From: a virus
Lineage: Duplodnaviria; Caudoviricetes
Virus record (IMG/VR): IMGVR_UViG_3300030202_002372
Span: 1-62,400 of that record
Length of the DNA: 62,400 bases
Direction: 5' to 3' (one strand)
Within the stretch, counting starts at the first letter, position 1. Each line of letters begins with the position of its first letter. Below the pieces are notes generated by a model, which was not told the DNA's origin, did no database searches, and worked only from the letters and a program-made list of their open reading frames with translations. Both the position numbers and the translations under genes were made by a program. Shown here one piece after another: positions 47,018 to 57,067 of this stretch.

Positions 47018-48954
47018 TATTCTTCTCCTACAATTTTCATGTCACCAAAAAGGACATCAGAAATTTGATCTAAATCACCAGCATTGTTTTCAATTATTTG
47101 AGATAAATTTTTCTCAAAACCTTTTAACTGGTTTATATTTTTTTGTTTAGATAAATCCATAATTTTATCATATCCAAAAATTTGATCAGGCATGATACCT
47201 ATTGTTGATGCAACACCTAAATCTTTCCTTATTGATTCTTCTAATTCTTTTTTGATTACAAGATATTGAGATATAACTTTTGTTGGTGATTTAAAAAAAC
47301 CAAACTGGGTAGTTAATTTTTCAGCTCTTTCGATATCTCTTACAGCAAGTCTGTCTTTGTCTTTTAAAATATTTGCAAGAGCATAAGATGTTAAAAGTTC
47401 AATAGCTCTTAAAGAAGCTTGTTTTCTTAAAGTGTCACTTTCATCAGAGTTTACTGTCCCTAATTCTTTTTTTATTTTATCGAAATAACTTTTTCCTGCT
47501 TCTAATTCTGCTTTTGCTTCATCCGGATCAATTTCTCCGGCTTCTAATCTTTTATTAATATCTGAATTGTACTGTTCTTTTTGTTCTCTGTATTGTGAAT
47601 TTAATTTTTCGAATGAAGTTTCTCCAAAATATTGTGCAAAAATATCTTTACCAGCTAATACAAATTCTGATAATGTACCTTTAGAACCAATCAAATCTGG
47701 GTCATTCATTGTTAATTCTAAAGCATTATTTATTCCTCTTAAAGCATTAGCTTTAATTGCAATTCCTTTATTTACTCTTTCAATATCGTCTGCTTCAGGA
47801 GCACCCATTATTGTGTATTTTTGATTTGATACATCTATATAACCACCAGGTACCTTTATTTGTACGTTACCTTGTTCTGAAGTTCTTCCTCTAAAAGTTT
47901 TCATTTCACCATCATAATTTAATCTTATTAATTTATCATCTGATGAAAACTTAACATTTTTATCTTTTTTTAAATTTCCAAGCATTGCTTTTTTTAATTC
48001 GTTTTCATCTTTTCTTCTTTCGTCTTCTAAAGCTAATGCCATAGGTATTACGTTTTGACCTGATTTACCCAACACATCTAAAAAACCTTTAAAACCTGGT
48101 TGATCAGTTCTACCAGTTAATAAATTAGAAGCTAATTGTAACAACAATAATTTGTTTGATCTTTTGTCGTCTCCCATGATATCGTCAACTGCATTGTCTA
48201 ACTGTAAAGAAAGAGCACTTTTCCTCGGATTATCTGAAAAAAAGTTATCCATATTCTCAAAATAAATTTGTTTAGCTTTTAAATTTTGATTATCTCTATT
48301 TTTTTGTTCCTTAACAACAACATCATTAGATATGTCGTCAATGGTTTCAGTATCTTCAGTTACATCTACTACAACTCCTGGATCTACTGGATTTGCATCA
48401 CCAGGTTTTTTTATATCAAGACTATTTAATTGATCTTTTTCAATAGTTTGATTAATTACCTCAGGTACTGCGTCTGGCTTTATTTCAATGCCACTATCTT
48501 GTTCAGAAGTATTTATTTGTTCAATTATTTCAGAAGTACTCATTCCAGGAAAGTCTTTTTCTAATTGTGATTTAACCGGTGCATCTTGACTTATATTTAC
48601 ATCATCAAAATAACCAAACCCACCTTGAGCTCTAGCTTTTTCTTTCATAGCTTCATATTCTTGAGGTGTGTTTGTTGCTCTTGCAATAGCATCAGCTCCA
48701 TATCCTATTCCTTGTCCTGTAAGTGCTGCCATACCATAAGGACCTGCCATCATAAATCTGCCGGTACGTCCTAACATACCTAAAGGTTTTCTTACTGCAC
48801 CAGGCAATCCAGCGTATCTTTGTTGTAAACCTTTCATAGAAAATAAAGGTTCTCTATTATAAACTGAAGGTACATTTGGTGATGATGGAGGCATTGGTAA
48901 TCTTGTTATACCACCGTTATCAAAACTTGTTGGTTTTTTAAGTTTATTTATCAC
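47017..48954 (-). CDS. Internal virion/DNA ejection protein
   Basis: 645 aa helical; N-terminal FDNGGI; position in cluster. Confidence 0.55.
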   Translation of the reverse strand: MINKLKKPTSFDNGGITRLPMPPSSPNVPSVYNREPLFSMKGLQQRYAGLPGAVRKPLGMLGRTGRFMMAGPYGMAALTGQGIGYGADAIARATNTPQEYEAMKEKARAQGGFGYFDDVNISQDAPVKSQLEKDFPGMSTSEIIEQINTSEQDSGIEIKPDAVPEVINQTIEKDQLNSLDIKKPGDANPVDPGVVVDVTEDTETIDDISNDVVVKEQKNRDNQNLKAKQIYFENMDNFFSDNPRKSALSLQLDNAVDDIMGDDKRSNKLLLLQLASNLLTGRTDQPGFKGFLDVLGKSGQNVIPMALALEDERRKDENELKKAMLGNLKKDKNVKFSSDDKLIRLNYDGEMKTFRGRTSEQGNVQIKVPGGYIDVSNQKYTIMGAPEADDIERVNKGIAIKANALRGINNALELTMNDPDLIGSKGTLSEFVLAGKDIFAQYFGETSFEKLNSQYREQKEQYNSDINKRLEAGEIDPDEAKAELEAGKSYFDKIKKELGTVNSDESDTLRKQASLRAIELLTSYALANILKDKDRLAVRDIERAEKLTTQFGFFKSPTKVISQYLVIKKELEESIRKDLGVASTIGIMPDQIFGYDKIMDLSKQKNINQLKGFEKNLSQIIENNAGDLDQISDVLFGDMKIVGEE

Positions 48955-48957
48955 AGG

Positions 48958-49821
48958 TTACCTCCCTGAGAACGCTGCGTACGCTCCTAAACCTGTTCCA
49001 ACAGCTTGACCTAATGGACTAGGTTGTGGTGCAGATGTTTGAGATAGTCTTGCTTGAGATGCAGATGGTATACCTGATTGAATATCAGATACAAATGCAA
49101 CTCTTTGATATGGTTCTTGAATATTTTGCACAGCTGTTTGTCTAGCTGCTTCTAATCCTGCTTGTTCAATTCCTCTTTGAACGCCTCCAAGTCCAGTCAA
49201 TCCTGCAAGCTCATTGTCTCTTTGAGCTAAAGCTTGTTGAGCTAAACCTGTTTGACCTTGTGCTGCAGATAATGCGGTTTGAGTTTCTAAACCTCTTTGT
49301 GTCTGTAATTCTCCCAATGCTGATTGAAAACCAGAACCATAAATTTGCCCTAATGTTCCAGATTTTTGTCTTTGTAATTCTGCTATACCAACACCTTCTC
49401 TGCCTCCTCCAAAATTACCTGTTCCAATAGCTTGTTGTGCAAGTTGATTTTCACGTTTTAGATAATCATCAGATACCTGATTTACAACATTTTGGATAAA
49501 AGGATTCATTGCTGATTGTACATCTGCTGCAGTAAATGTTTTACCAGCTGCTGTTTGCGCAGCACCTAAAGCTGTGTCAGCTGCAGTCATTTGAGCAGAT
49601 CCAGCAGGTCCTGACCTAGCTAATGCTAATGCATCTTGTTCTGCTTGAGACATGCCTGCAACTTGAAATGCAGGAGGAGTTGTTTTTGTTCTAGCTAATT
49701 CAATAGCAGAATCCATTAAACCTAGTCTTCTAGCTTCAATCTCTGGTGCTTCTCTTATTGTTTGAACGTTAGTAGTATCTGCTGGTACGCTACCACCTCC
49801 GCCTCCTCCACCTGAACTCAT
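48958..49821 (-). CDS. Internal virion/DNA pilot (ejection) protein
   Basis: Gln/Ala/Gly-rich, MNPFIQNV, GNFGGGREGV, C-terminal GTGLGAY. Confidence 0.65.
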   Translation of the reverse strand: MSSGGGGGGGSVPADTTNVQTIREAPEIEARRLGLMDSAIELARTKTTPPAFQVAGMSQAEQDALALARSGPAGSAQMTAADTALGAAQTAAGKTFTAADVQSAMNPFIQNVVNQVSDDYLKRENQLAQQAIGTGNFGGGREGVGIAELQRQKSGTLGQIYGSGFQSALGELQTQRGLETQTALSAAQGQTGLAQQALAQRDNELAGLTGLGGVQRGIEQAGLEAARQTAVQNIQEPYQRVAFVSDIQSGIPSASQARLSQTSAPQPSPLGQAVGTGLGAYAAFSGR

Positions 49822-50246
49822 TTTTTTTCTCCTATAAATTTATCTAATTGGACATGTGACTTAACATATCCTTTTGTTTTTAAAAATCTTTCCCAACCTG
49901 GTCTAGCATAAAATTCCATTTTACTTACTCCCTGTTCTTTTGCCCACTGTTCCATTGGTTCTAAAAACTTTGTCCATAATTCCATTTTCTCCCCTGTAAG
50001 TACACGGAAATTCATTGTCCGGTACTTAGGATACTCTTTTAATTCTGTTACCCCCACTGCGTAGACTTTTTGATCTTTTTCAGACCAAGCCACCCACAAC
50101 TGCATCAGATTTTTTTTAATCTGACCTTTAACGTGTTCGTGGTCAGCGTATCCACCTGACCTTTCGAGAGCTTTTTGAATATAGTCTTGAACAAAAATCC
50201 AAACTTTATCCACTTCTTCTTCTTTCCATATACGCAACAAATCCAT
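49818..50246 (-). CDS. GNAT-like acetyltransferase in the virion gene cluster
   Basis: QLWV...GVTE..YP...L.G.....W....EQWAKEQG...ME..ARPGWER. Confidence 0.65.
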   Translation of the reverse strand: MDLLRIWKEEEVDKVWIFVQDYIQKALERSGGYADHEHVKGQIKKNLMQLWVAWSEKDQKVYAVGVTELKEYPKYRTMNFRVLTGEKMELWTKFLEPMEQWAKEQGVSKMEFYARPGWERFLKTKGYVKSHVQLDKFIGEKK

Positions 50247-51526
50247 TAAGACATTCGTTTTGCTAATTTGTCAAAATCTGCCATTTGTTTATAGAAAAAT
50301 CTAGCACCAAGCTCCCTTTGTTGTTTTTTATCTTTTGGGTTTGCTCCTAAAGCAATGCCTGCGCCTCTTACAGCTTTTGATTTAGTAACAAACTCACCGT
50401 CAGCTAACTGCGCTAACATAGTATCTTTTTCTTCATTACCTTTACCAGCTGAATCAACAACTAGTTTACCTGAAGTTCTTTTATAATTATTTGCATTTTC
50501 TTCATCTGTATTTGTTTTGCTTGGTAATCTATCTATTAAAGATCCTTCTTTAGCAAATAACATACCTGGCATTATTGGTGGTCTTTGAATTGAACTCATT
50601 GGTGCAGGAGCTATATCAACATCTTCTTCAGCTGTTGTTTCCTCAATAGATTGCATTGGCATATTAGATGCTCTACCACCCATAGCTAATTGCGTTATAC
50701 CACCTTGATTCATTTGACCAAACTGCATTTTAAAAATTTTATATGTGTTAAAATCCATTGCATCTTCACCAGCAGATTCTTTTTCTGCTTTGTATTTATC
50801 GTACTCTTCTTTTAAAAGATCAGGAGCTGGCATTCCTCCTTCTTCAAGTCCAATTATACCGCCTGCTTTAATTCCACTATAAGGTTTGTCAGGATATTGT
50901 GAGTAATCAATAGACATATTTGGATCATCATAAGGCATAAACTGACCTGGGTTTTGTGCATAAAATTTATTGTAACCTGGGTATGTTGGGTCCTTTGGTG
51001 GTACAGGATCAAATGCTCCTAATCCATAAGCAACTCCTGCTGCACCTGCTGCACCTAGACCTACTTTTAAAGGGTCCATTTGTGCAGATGTTATTGGCAC
51101 TTGTCTTACATTACCCATCATATCTCGAACTGTTTGCATGGCAGCACCACTATCTCCTACCACAGGTTGTTCAGATTTAAATACTCCAGCTGTCTTATCA
51201 AATATACCCATCAACCCATCTCTTGATTGTGGCGTAACAGAAATAGTATCCTGACCTTGAGGAAGAACTTTTAAAGCTTCAAATGCAATTTTATCTTTAC
51301 CTTTTAAACTTTCTGGTGTTACTGCTTTATTTATGTCAGTTATGTTCATAGCCATTTCTGGTGATGCACCAGGTTTATTATTAAATCCACCTGTTAACTG
51401 CATAGTTAATGCTTGTGTGCTAGTATCCTTAAAAGAATCTTTAAATAGTTGTGAGCCTCTTTTGCCACCTAATGCGTTTATACCTACATTGGCTGCATAC
51501 ATCATTGCTAGTGTTGCTGGATCCAT
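50246..51526 (-). CDS. Putative internal virion protein with xxxGG motifs and C-terminal D..AQLADGEFV domain
   Basis: IKAGGII, LEEGG, MNQGGI, LAMGG; GKGNEEKDTMLAQLADGEFVTKSKAVRGAG. Confidence 0.6.
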   Translation of the reverse strand: MDPATLAMMYAANVGINALGGKRGSQLFKDSFKDTSTQALTMQLTGGFNNKPGASPEMAMNITDINKAVTPESLKGKDKIAFEALKVLPQGQDTISVTPQSRDGLMGIFDKTAGVFKSEQPVVGDSGAAMQTVRDMMGNVRQVPITSAQMDPLKVGLGAAGAAGVAYGLGAFDPVPPKDPTYPGYNKFYAQNPGQFMPYDDPNMSIDYSQYPDKPYSGIKAGGIIGLEEGGMPAPDLLKEEYDKYKAEKESAGEDAMDFNTYKIFKMQFGQMNQGGITQLAMGGRASNMPMQSIEETTAEEDVDIAPAPMSSIQRPPIMPGMLFAKEGSLIDRLPSKTNTDEENANNYKRTSGKLVVDSAGKGNEEKDTMLAQLADGEFVTKSKAVRGAGIALGANPKDKKQQRELGARFFYKQMADFDKLAKRMS

Positions 51527-51560
51527 ATTTCTCCTGTTTTAAATACGTATTTATTCCAAT

Positions 51561-52406
51561 TTACTTAATTTTTTCGCCTTCGTCAATAAACCTACCCTTA
51601 TAACTATAGTCTCCATGATGAGTAATATATGCATCTACATTAGCATATATTTTACCTCCTATGTCAGTCCACTTTTTACAAAAAGCAAAATCTTCACCCA
51701 TAAAAGTTCCTTTTTCTTCATTGAATTCAGTGTCCCAAAAGTTATAAAACTGGTCTGTTTTACGCATTTGTTGGTTCAACATCGTTTGTTGTCGTATTCT
51801 TAAATGAGGATATTCTTTTGCCATTTTCTCAAACACTTGTCTTTTAATCAACATAAATCCAGCAGGACCTCTTTTAATTTCTGTTATTCCTTCTGAACAA
51901 TCAATGTTTTCAGGATCTACAAAAGCCATTGGATAGTAATAACCACACTTACTTATATGCCTTCCTGATTTTTCACTTATACTTTTTGCTTTATCCCAGT
52001 CTATAACTTTCATAGGGTAAGGAGTTAAAACTATATCTTTATCAGCTTCAAGCATTGTAAGTAAGGATGTTTCATCAAATTCTACGTCAGTATCTACAAA
52101 TAACATATGTGTGCACTCAGATTTTAAAAACGCAGCTGTACATAAATTTCTACCTTGAGTAACAATTGATGATTGTATCAAATGAAAAGTAACTGGTATT
52201 TTATGTCTTTGTAACATTGCTTGTAATTCTAATGTTGCTCTCATGTAATGAATATCTACTCCACCATGACAAGGAGAAGTAAAAAATAATTTAATGGGAT
52301 GTTCTTTTTTCTTATCCCATTCTAAAACATCATTCCCTTTATCAGTATTTTGTCCAAATATATTTTTTTCATTAATGATACTTCTTTCATCTATTTTAAT
52401 TGTCAT
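51561..52406 (-). CDS. GT-A fold glycosyltransferase
   Basis: SPCHGG, SIVTQGRN, MLFVDTD (DxD), GFMLIKR, GEDFAFC, H.G. Confidence 0.8.
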   Translation of the reverse strand: MTIKIDERSIINEKNIFGQNTDKGNDVLEWDKKKEHPIKLFFTSPCHGGVDIHYMRATLELQAMLQRHKIPVTFHLIQSSIVTQGRNLCTAAFLKSECTHMLFVDTDVEFDETSLLTMLEADKDIVLTPYPMKVIDWDKAKSISEKSGRHISKCGYYYPMAFVDPENIDCSEGITEIKRGPAGFMLIKRQVFEKMAKEYPHLRIRQQTMLNQQMRKTDQFYNFWDTEFNEEKGTFMGEDFAFCKKWTDIGGKIYANVDAYITHHGDYSYKGRFIDEGEKIK

Positions 52407-53344
52407 GCATATCCTTTCATACTCAACAGTTGATCAAATAAACTTGTCCATTCTTTTGCTCGCATATCCCAATTATAAAAGGTTCTATAATATTTCATTT
52501 GATCTTTTAATCGATCGTGAAGCACTGGCTCATGATAGTTATCTGCAACAAATTCTATTATTACTTTAAATTTTTTTGCTAGAGTATACATGTCAGTTTC
52601 ATAATTTACATAATGAGCATATTCAGTGCAAGTTTCAAACAAAGCACCGAAATTAGTTACTACTGCCATATTACCTGCTGCCATTGCTTCGATTGCAGAT
52701 ATACAACAAGTCTCTTCCCAAATGGATGGGTATGCAAAAATTTGTGTTTTTTGCATAGCTTGTATTATTTCATTATTTGGTTTGTACCCAACATGATTAA
52801 CATTTTTTAATTCTTCCATTTTATCATACATAGGTTTAAATTGTTTATCATTCTGAAGTTCAAACTCACTACCGTAAATTTTTGTTGAGCTATAAACATC
52901 TAATGTGATGTCATCTCTCTTCATGAGTTCCATTGCTCCTAGTAAAACATTTAAACCACGCCAAGGTGTTGAAGTGTGTATAAGTTTGATTGGATCTCCT
53001 TTTTTAAATTTTGGTCTATCTATCCATTCTGTAGCAGGTAAGGCATTTTTTATTACGCAACATTTGTGTGTAGGTAATCCATAAGCATATCTAAATTTTT
53101 CATAACACCAATGCGTATTAAAAACATACCAATCATATTTTCTATGGTTTTCTTTAATTCTAAACCAAGGAGCTATATTAGGTTGATCATAAGAATTTTT
53201 CATCCACAAAATATTTATTTTATCTGGATCAATAGGTTCTTTTTCTGGAACGGATGTAGTTATTTGTATTTTTTTAAAATAGCTAGGATCTATTCTTTTT
53301 TTAAGTTCTGCAAATTGTATTTCTGTGCCGCCTGCTGCTTTCAT
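52403..53344 (-). CDS. GT-B fold glycosyltransferase (GT4/Glycos_transf_1-like)
   Basis: GGTE, HTSTPWRGL, YPSIWEETCCISAIEAMAAG, GALFE. Confidence 0.85.
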   Translation of the reverse strand: MKAAGGTEIQFAELKKRIDPSYFKKIQITTSVPEKEPIDPDKINILWMKNSYDQPNIAPWFRIKENHRKYDWYVFNTHWCYEKFRYAYGLPTHKCCVIKNALPATEWIDRPKFKKGDPIKLIHTSTPWRGLNVLLGAMELMKRDDITLDVYSSTKIYGSEFELQNDKQFKPMYDKMEELKNVNHVGYKPNNEIIQAMQKTQIFAYPSIWEETCCISAIEAMAAGNMAVVTNFGALFETCTEYAHYVNYETDMYTLAKKFKVIIEFVADNYHEPVLHDRLKDQMKYYRTFYNWDMRAKEWTSLFDQLLSMKGYA

Positions 53345-53550
53345 TTTAAAGGCTCTTCCCCAACCACATCAAATCCTTTGGGAATAATAATTTTGACATC
53401 CCTTTTTATATCTTTTGGGTCAGGATTTTCAAGCTTTACTTCTTCTTCGTTTTTGTAAACTTTTCCTGTTTTTATATTTGTAATTGTAGTTTCTGCCTCA
53501 CATTTTATGATGGGCACTTTCTCACCATTGATAATTGTATAATCTGTCAT
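53341..53550 (-). CDS. Hypothetical protein
   Basis: Coupled 69-aa ORF. Confidence 0.6.
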   Translation of the reverse strand: MTDYTIINGEKVPIIKCEAETTITNIKTGKVYKNEEEVKLENPDPKDIKRDVKIIIPKGFDVVGEEPLK

Positions 53551-53879
53551 TAAGTTCTGTCTTGTTCTAGTATGGCTACTGTTCCTGTAATAACACTGGT
53601 ATGACTTGATTTTATTTTTAATATATCGTTTTCTTCAAACACTTTTACACCTGTAATTAAATCTGATGATGTACCAGTTGCTAAAGTTCTTTTAGAAAAA
53701 TTAAAATCTGTAGTAGCTGAATTGTCTCTGATAGAAGCCGTTACACTAACTGTACCTGAACTTGAATTTAATACCTGAACACTTTTAATCATAGCTACTG
53801 TTTCAGCAGGACAAGTATAAACCGATACTGGATTAGTTGTAGTTAAGTTAAATTGTCTGTTTACAAATTTATTTGCCAT
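53550..53879 (-). CDS. Small beta-rich virion protein
   Basis: YTCPA...A.IKS..V.N pattern. Confidence 0.55.
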   Translation of the reverse strand: MANKFVNRQFNLTTTNPVSVYTCPAETVAMIKSVQVLNSSSGTVSVTASIRDNSATTDFNFSKRTLATGTSSDLITGVKVFEENDILKIKSSHTSVITGTVAILEQDRT

Positions 53880-54019
53880 TATCTTCCTTGTCGATTGTAT
53901 TTCTTATACATCCGTTTTTCACTTTTGTTAAGGTTTTTTTTATGCCTTCCAGGCCTTTTTTTAGGCTTTGCTCTTTCATACCACGCAGTTCCAAATTGAC
54001 TTTTTTTCTTTTTAGACAT
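53879..54019 (-). CDS. Unannotated 46-aa highly basic peptide
   Basis: Manual translation MSKKKKSQFGTAWYERAKPKKRPGRHKKNLNKSEKRMYKKYNRQGR; TAATG coupling both sides. Confidence 0.65.
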   Translation of the reverse strand: MSKKKKSQFGTAWYERAKPKKRPGRHKKNLNKSEKRMYKKYNRQGR

Positions 54020-54186
54020 TAATCATTTAAAAAGTAAGATATAGCTTCTGACTCTTCTTTAATATCCTGTGGGTAAGTTGAATTTAGTGTTTGTATAATA
54101 TTGTTAATATCTCTACCAAATTGATTTAAATTTGATGGTTGATAATTTGGTGTTGCTTGTGAAACAATTTCATTAATTTTTGCCAT
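54019..54186 (-). CDS. Unannotated 55-aa protein
   Basis: Manual translation MAKINEIVSQATPNYQPSNLNQFGRDINNIIQTLNSTYPQDIKEESEAISYFLND; coupled to the tail gene. Confidence 0.65.
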   Translation of the reverse strand: MAKINEIVSQATPNYQPSNLNQFGRDINNIIQTLNSTYPQDIKEESEAISYFLND

Positions 54187-56387
54187 TACCTTCTACCTCC
54201 TATTTGTATGTCTGCTCTAAATGTACCAAATCTCCAGGTTTGTCCCGTGCCTGTATTGGCTATTTTAAAAGATGCAGCTCTTCCTCTTGATCTACAAAAT
54301 ACTTGTTTTGTACTTGTTGTAACTGTAAATGGTCCTGTTATCAATGGTCCAGATGCTGATGAAGATCTTGTATCTGAAGGGAAGTCTCTTAAAAAAATAG
54401 TTACTTGAGCGTTACCTACTTGGTTTTTAAAGTCAGGAATAAATCTTGCTATTCTCATCATAAATTCTCCATCTCCATCTCGATCAATATCAAAGTCACC
54501 AGACTCAATTTGAGCAGGTATTGCTGTTGTTGTACCATCAGCTAAAACTTGATCGTTTCCTGTTTCGTGTTCATAGTATGTTGTGGCACCATTTGATATA
54601 CCTGGTATCTCACCCTGTGATGGAGCTTCTGAAGAACTGTAAGATGTAGCCAGAGGTTTTCCAAAAACACCCTGATCTACCCAAGTTGTTCTTTTAATTA
54701 ACGAACCATCATTTGTAGTCCAAACTCCACCCGGTATGTTTTGTGAATCTCTTGTATTATATGTTACAGATCTATCTATAGCTGTAGATCCTGCAGTAGG
54801 ATAGAACCAAGTAATTTCATTAAACTTATCATTTACACCAGCATGTACAATTAATTCAGCATCGTTATTTAAATCACCAAATACGTAGTCTTCAACAAGA
54901 CAAGGAAGTTTTTTTACAGATGCACCATCAAAATAAAAGAAACTATCTTCAGACATCCAATAGATTATACCATCTACTTCTAAAGCTGCGTGTGGTGATA
55001 TTAAACCACAGTTTGTACCTACTTGTTCAAAACCAAATGTAAATGGAGCTCCAATAAATCTCATAGTAAATAAAGCTGTATCAGTCCAAATATAATTACC
55101 GTTTCTACCAACTAATACTCCCATGATTCTAGAACCGTCAGCAAGTCTTTGTGTACCAGAAGTGTTGGTTGCTGTTGGTGTATACACATTTATATCTTCT
55201 TGATCAGAGAATCTTAAAAACATATCATCTTGTGAGCTAGTTGTGCCAATGACTGTTTCTGTCCCAAAGAAACACAAGTGTCTATCTGGGGTAGAAACTA
55301 TCATGTCTCTTGATGCTGTAGGCGCACCAGTTACTAAAGTAGCTCTATTAGGATTGGATAAGGCTCCTGATGACGAAGGATCCCACTCAACAACAACGCT
55401 ATTAAATATTAAGGCTATTAATTTTTGACCAAAATTAGTCAACTTCCATTGACCTGGATCTAAAATAACACCTGCAGCTGTAGCTGATCCCCATCCTGTA
55501 TAACTTGATGCATCTTGAATTGTAGAACCATTTGCATGCGTTACATCGGAAGTTCCGCCTTGACCTCTAGATATACCAGAAATTGTATTTGTTGCTGTGT
55601 TGTTGGATGTATATGTAATTAATTCTGCTGTAGCTCCTGAGCCTATTAATAAAGTTCCTGATGCCGGCATGGTTGCTGATGAAGTTAAAACCACCGATGT
55701 AGCTCCTGCAGCAAAAGTTCCTGAATTATTTATTGTTGTAGTTGATGTTGTGGTTGTACCACCCCATTGTCCTGTAGCCCAACCAAATCCAGGTAATTGA
55801 AATCTTGGTCCTACTACAAAGTAAGCGTCTAAGGTCGCGGTTCCGGTAGTCGTGAATGCAGTTCCTGATTCGTTTTTAGACATAGTAATAGTAAAAGTAG
55901 TTGTTGTAGGAACTGTTTTTACTTCAAATGTTTTTGTAAAGTCTGCAGCAGTAAATCCTGAAGATCCAGGAATTAAACTTACAGAAGAAAAAACAATTAA
56001 ATCTCCTTCTGATAACCCATGTCCAGTGCCTGTGCTTACTGTAACTGTAGGTGAACCATTTGTTGTGGTAAAACAATTAGTCATACCAGCTTTTTGTTTA
56101 GAAGCATCTAATGGGTGAATATCGTAGAAAGTACCTTCATAATAAATATATAAAACTTTATCAGTGCCGATAGCTGCATATCTATTACCCGATAAGTCAA
56201 ACCAAGTATGTTGATCTCTAGCTACTCCAACAAGACTTGTTGCACCTTTTTGTGACCATCCACCTATTTTTTCAGGTAAACCATATCTAAACCTTACGTA
56301 CTGGCCTCCGGTCCATCGCCCCTCAGCACCGGTTTCAGTAATTTGTTTATCATATCCAGGTATTAATTGTACTTTACGTAATGCCAT
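54186..56387 (-). CDS. Tail nozzle/packaged-DNA stabilisation protein (P22 gp10 / tubular B-like)
   Basis: VRFRYGLPEKIGGW, LRFSDQED, FGFEQVGTNCGL, EITWFYP, IESGDFDI, RFIPDF, WRFGTFR. Confidence 0.75.
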   Translation of the reverse strand: MALRKVQLIPGYDKQITETGAEGRWTGGQYVRFRYGLPEKIGGWSQKGATSLVGVARDQHTWFDLSGNRYAAIGTDKVLYIYYEGTFYDIHPLDASKQKAGMTNCFTTTNGSPTVTVSTGTGHGLSEGDLIVFSSVSLIPGSSGFTAADFTKTFEVKTVPTTTTFTITMSKNESGTAFTTTGTATLDAYFVVGPRFQLPGFGWATGQWGGTTTTSTTTINNSGTFAAGATSVVLTSSATMPASGTLLIGSGATAELITYTSNNTATNTISGISRGQGGTSDVTHANGSTIQDASSYTGWGSATAAGVILDPGQWKLTNFGQKLIALIFNSVVVEWDPSSSGALSNPNRATLVTGAPTASRDMIVSTPDRHLCFFGTETVIGTTSSQDDMFLRFSDQEDINVYTPTATNTSGTQRLADGSRIMGVLVGRNGNYIWTDTALFTMRFIGAPFTFGFEQVGTNCGLISPHAALEVDGIIYWMSEDSFFYFDGASVKKLPCLVEDYVFGDLNNDAELIVHAGVNDKFNEITWFYPTAGSTAIDRSVTYNTRDSQNIPGGVWTTNDGSLIKRTTWVDQGVFGKPLATSYSSSEAPSQGEIPGISNGATTYYEHETGNDQVLADGTTTAIPAQIESGDFDIDRDGDGEFMMRIARFIPDFKNQVGNAQVTIFLRDFPSDTRSSSASGPLITGPFTVTTSTKQVFCRSRGRAASFKIANTGTGQTWRFGTFRADIQIGGRR

Positions 56388-56425
56388 AATATTAAGTATA
56401 AACTAAAAAACTCATCCTATAAACC

Positions 56426-57067
56426 CTATCCTATCTTAGGTAAACCAAGCATAGGCCTTCTATCAAATTTATTTTTATCAGCAAAGGGTCCATTTAGATG
56501 ATTATAATGTAAAAAAACCTGTCCACAAACTTGACCCTCAAAAGGGGGTCTCCAGTGTTCTAGATCACATCCACTGTACACTAACATATCTCCTACATCT
56601 AATAATACTTCTGTGCCTGATGGTGCATTAGGTTTGTGTATATTTTTATACTCATCTATAACTGTATCAGCTCCTGTTCCGTCAATAAATATTGGCCATG
56701 GATCTCCACCTAAATTTAATGTAGTGGATATTTCACAACTCGGCCTGTCTTTATGTCTTTTTAATTCATCTCCATTTTTATATAACCTTGCATAAGAATA
56801 GGTTGGTACTAAATCTAAACCAGTGTGTTGCTTCATTGTAGGTAACATTTTTACTAATAAAGTTTCCATTACAGGATCTGCATAATGTGAGTAAGTATTA
56901 GGTATTTGTTGATCTGTCCAAGTGCCCATAATTCCATTGTCATGGATTAGGTTGTTATCATACATAAATGCAACCGCATCTCTCTTAAGCAAAAAATAAT
57001 TAAAAATAAAATTAGAAATATCGAACGATAAAGCGTTTTTAATTACTTGATATTTATTGAAAGCCAT
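56426..57067 (-). CDS. 2OG-Fe(II) oxygenase
   Basis: PTYSYARLY, HKDRPSCEIS (HxD), LEHWR, QVFLHY. Confidence 0.85.
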   Translation of the reverse strand: MAFNKYQVIKNALSFDISNFIFNYFLLKRDAVAFMYDNNLIHDNGIMGTWTDQQIPNTYSHYADPVMETLLVKMLPTMKQHTGLDLVPTYSYARLYKNGDELKRHKDRPSCEISTTLNLGGDPWPIFIDGTGADTVIDEYKNIHKPNAPSGTEVLLDVGDMLVYSGCDLEHWRPPFEGQVCGQVFLHYNHLNGPFADKNKFDRRPMLGLPKIG

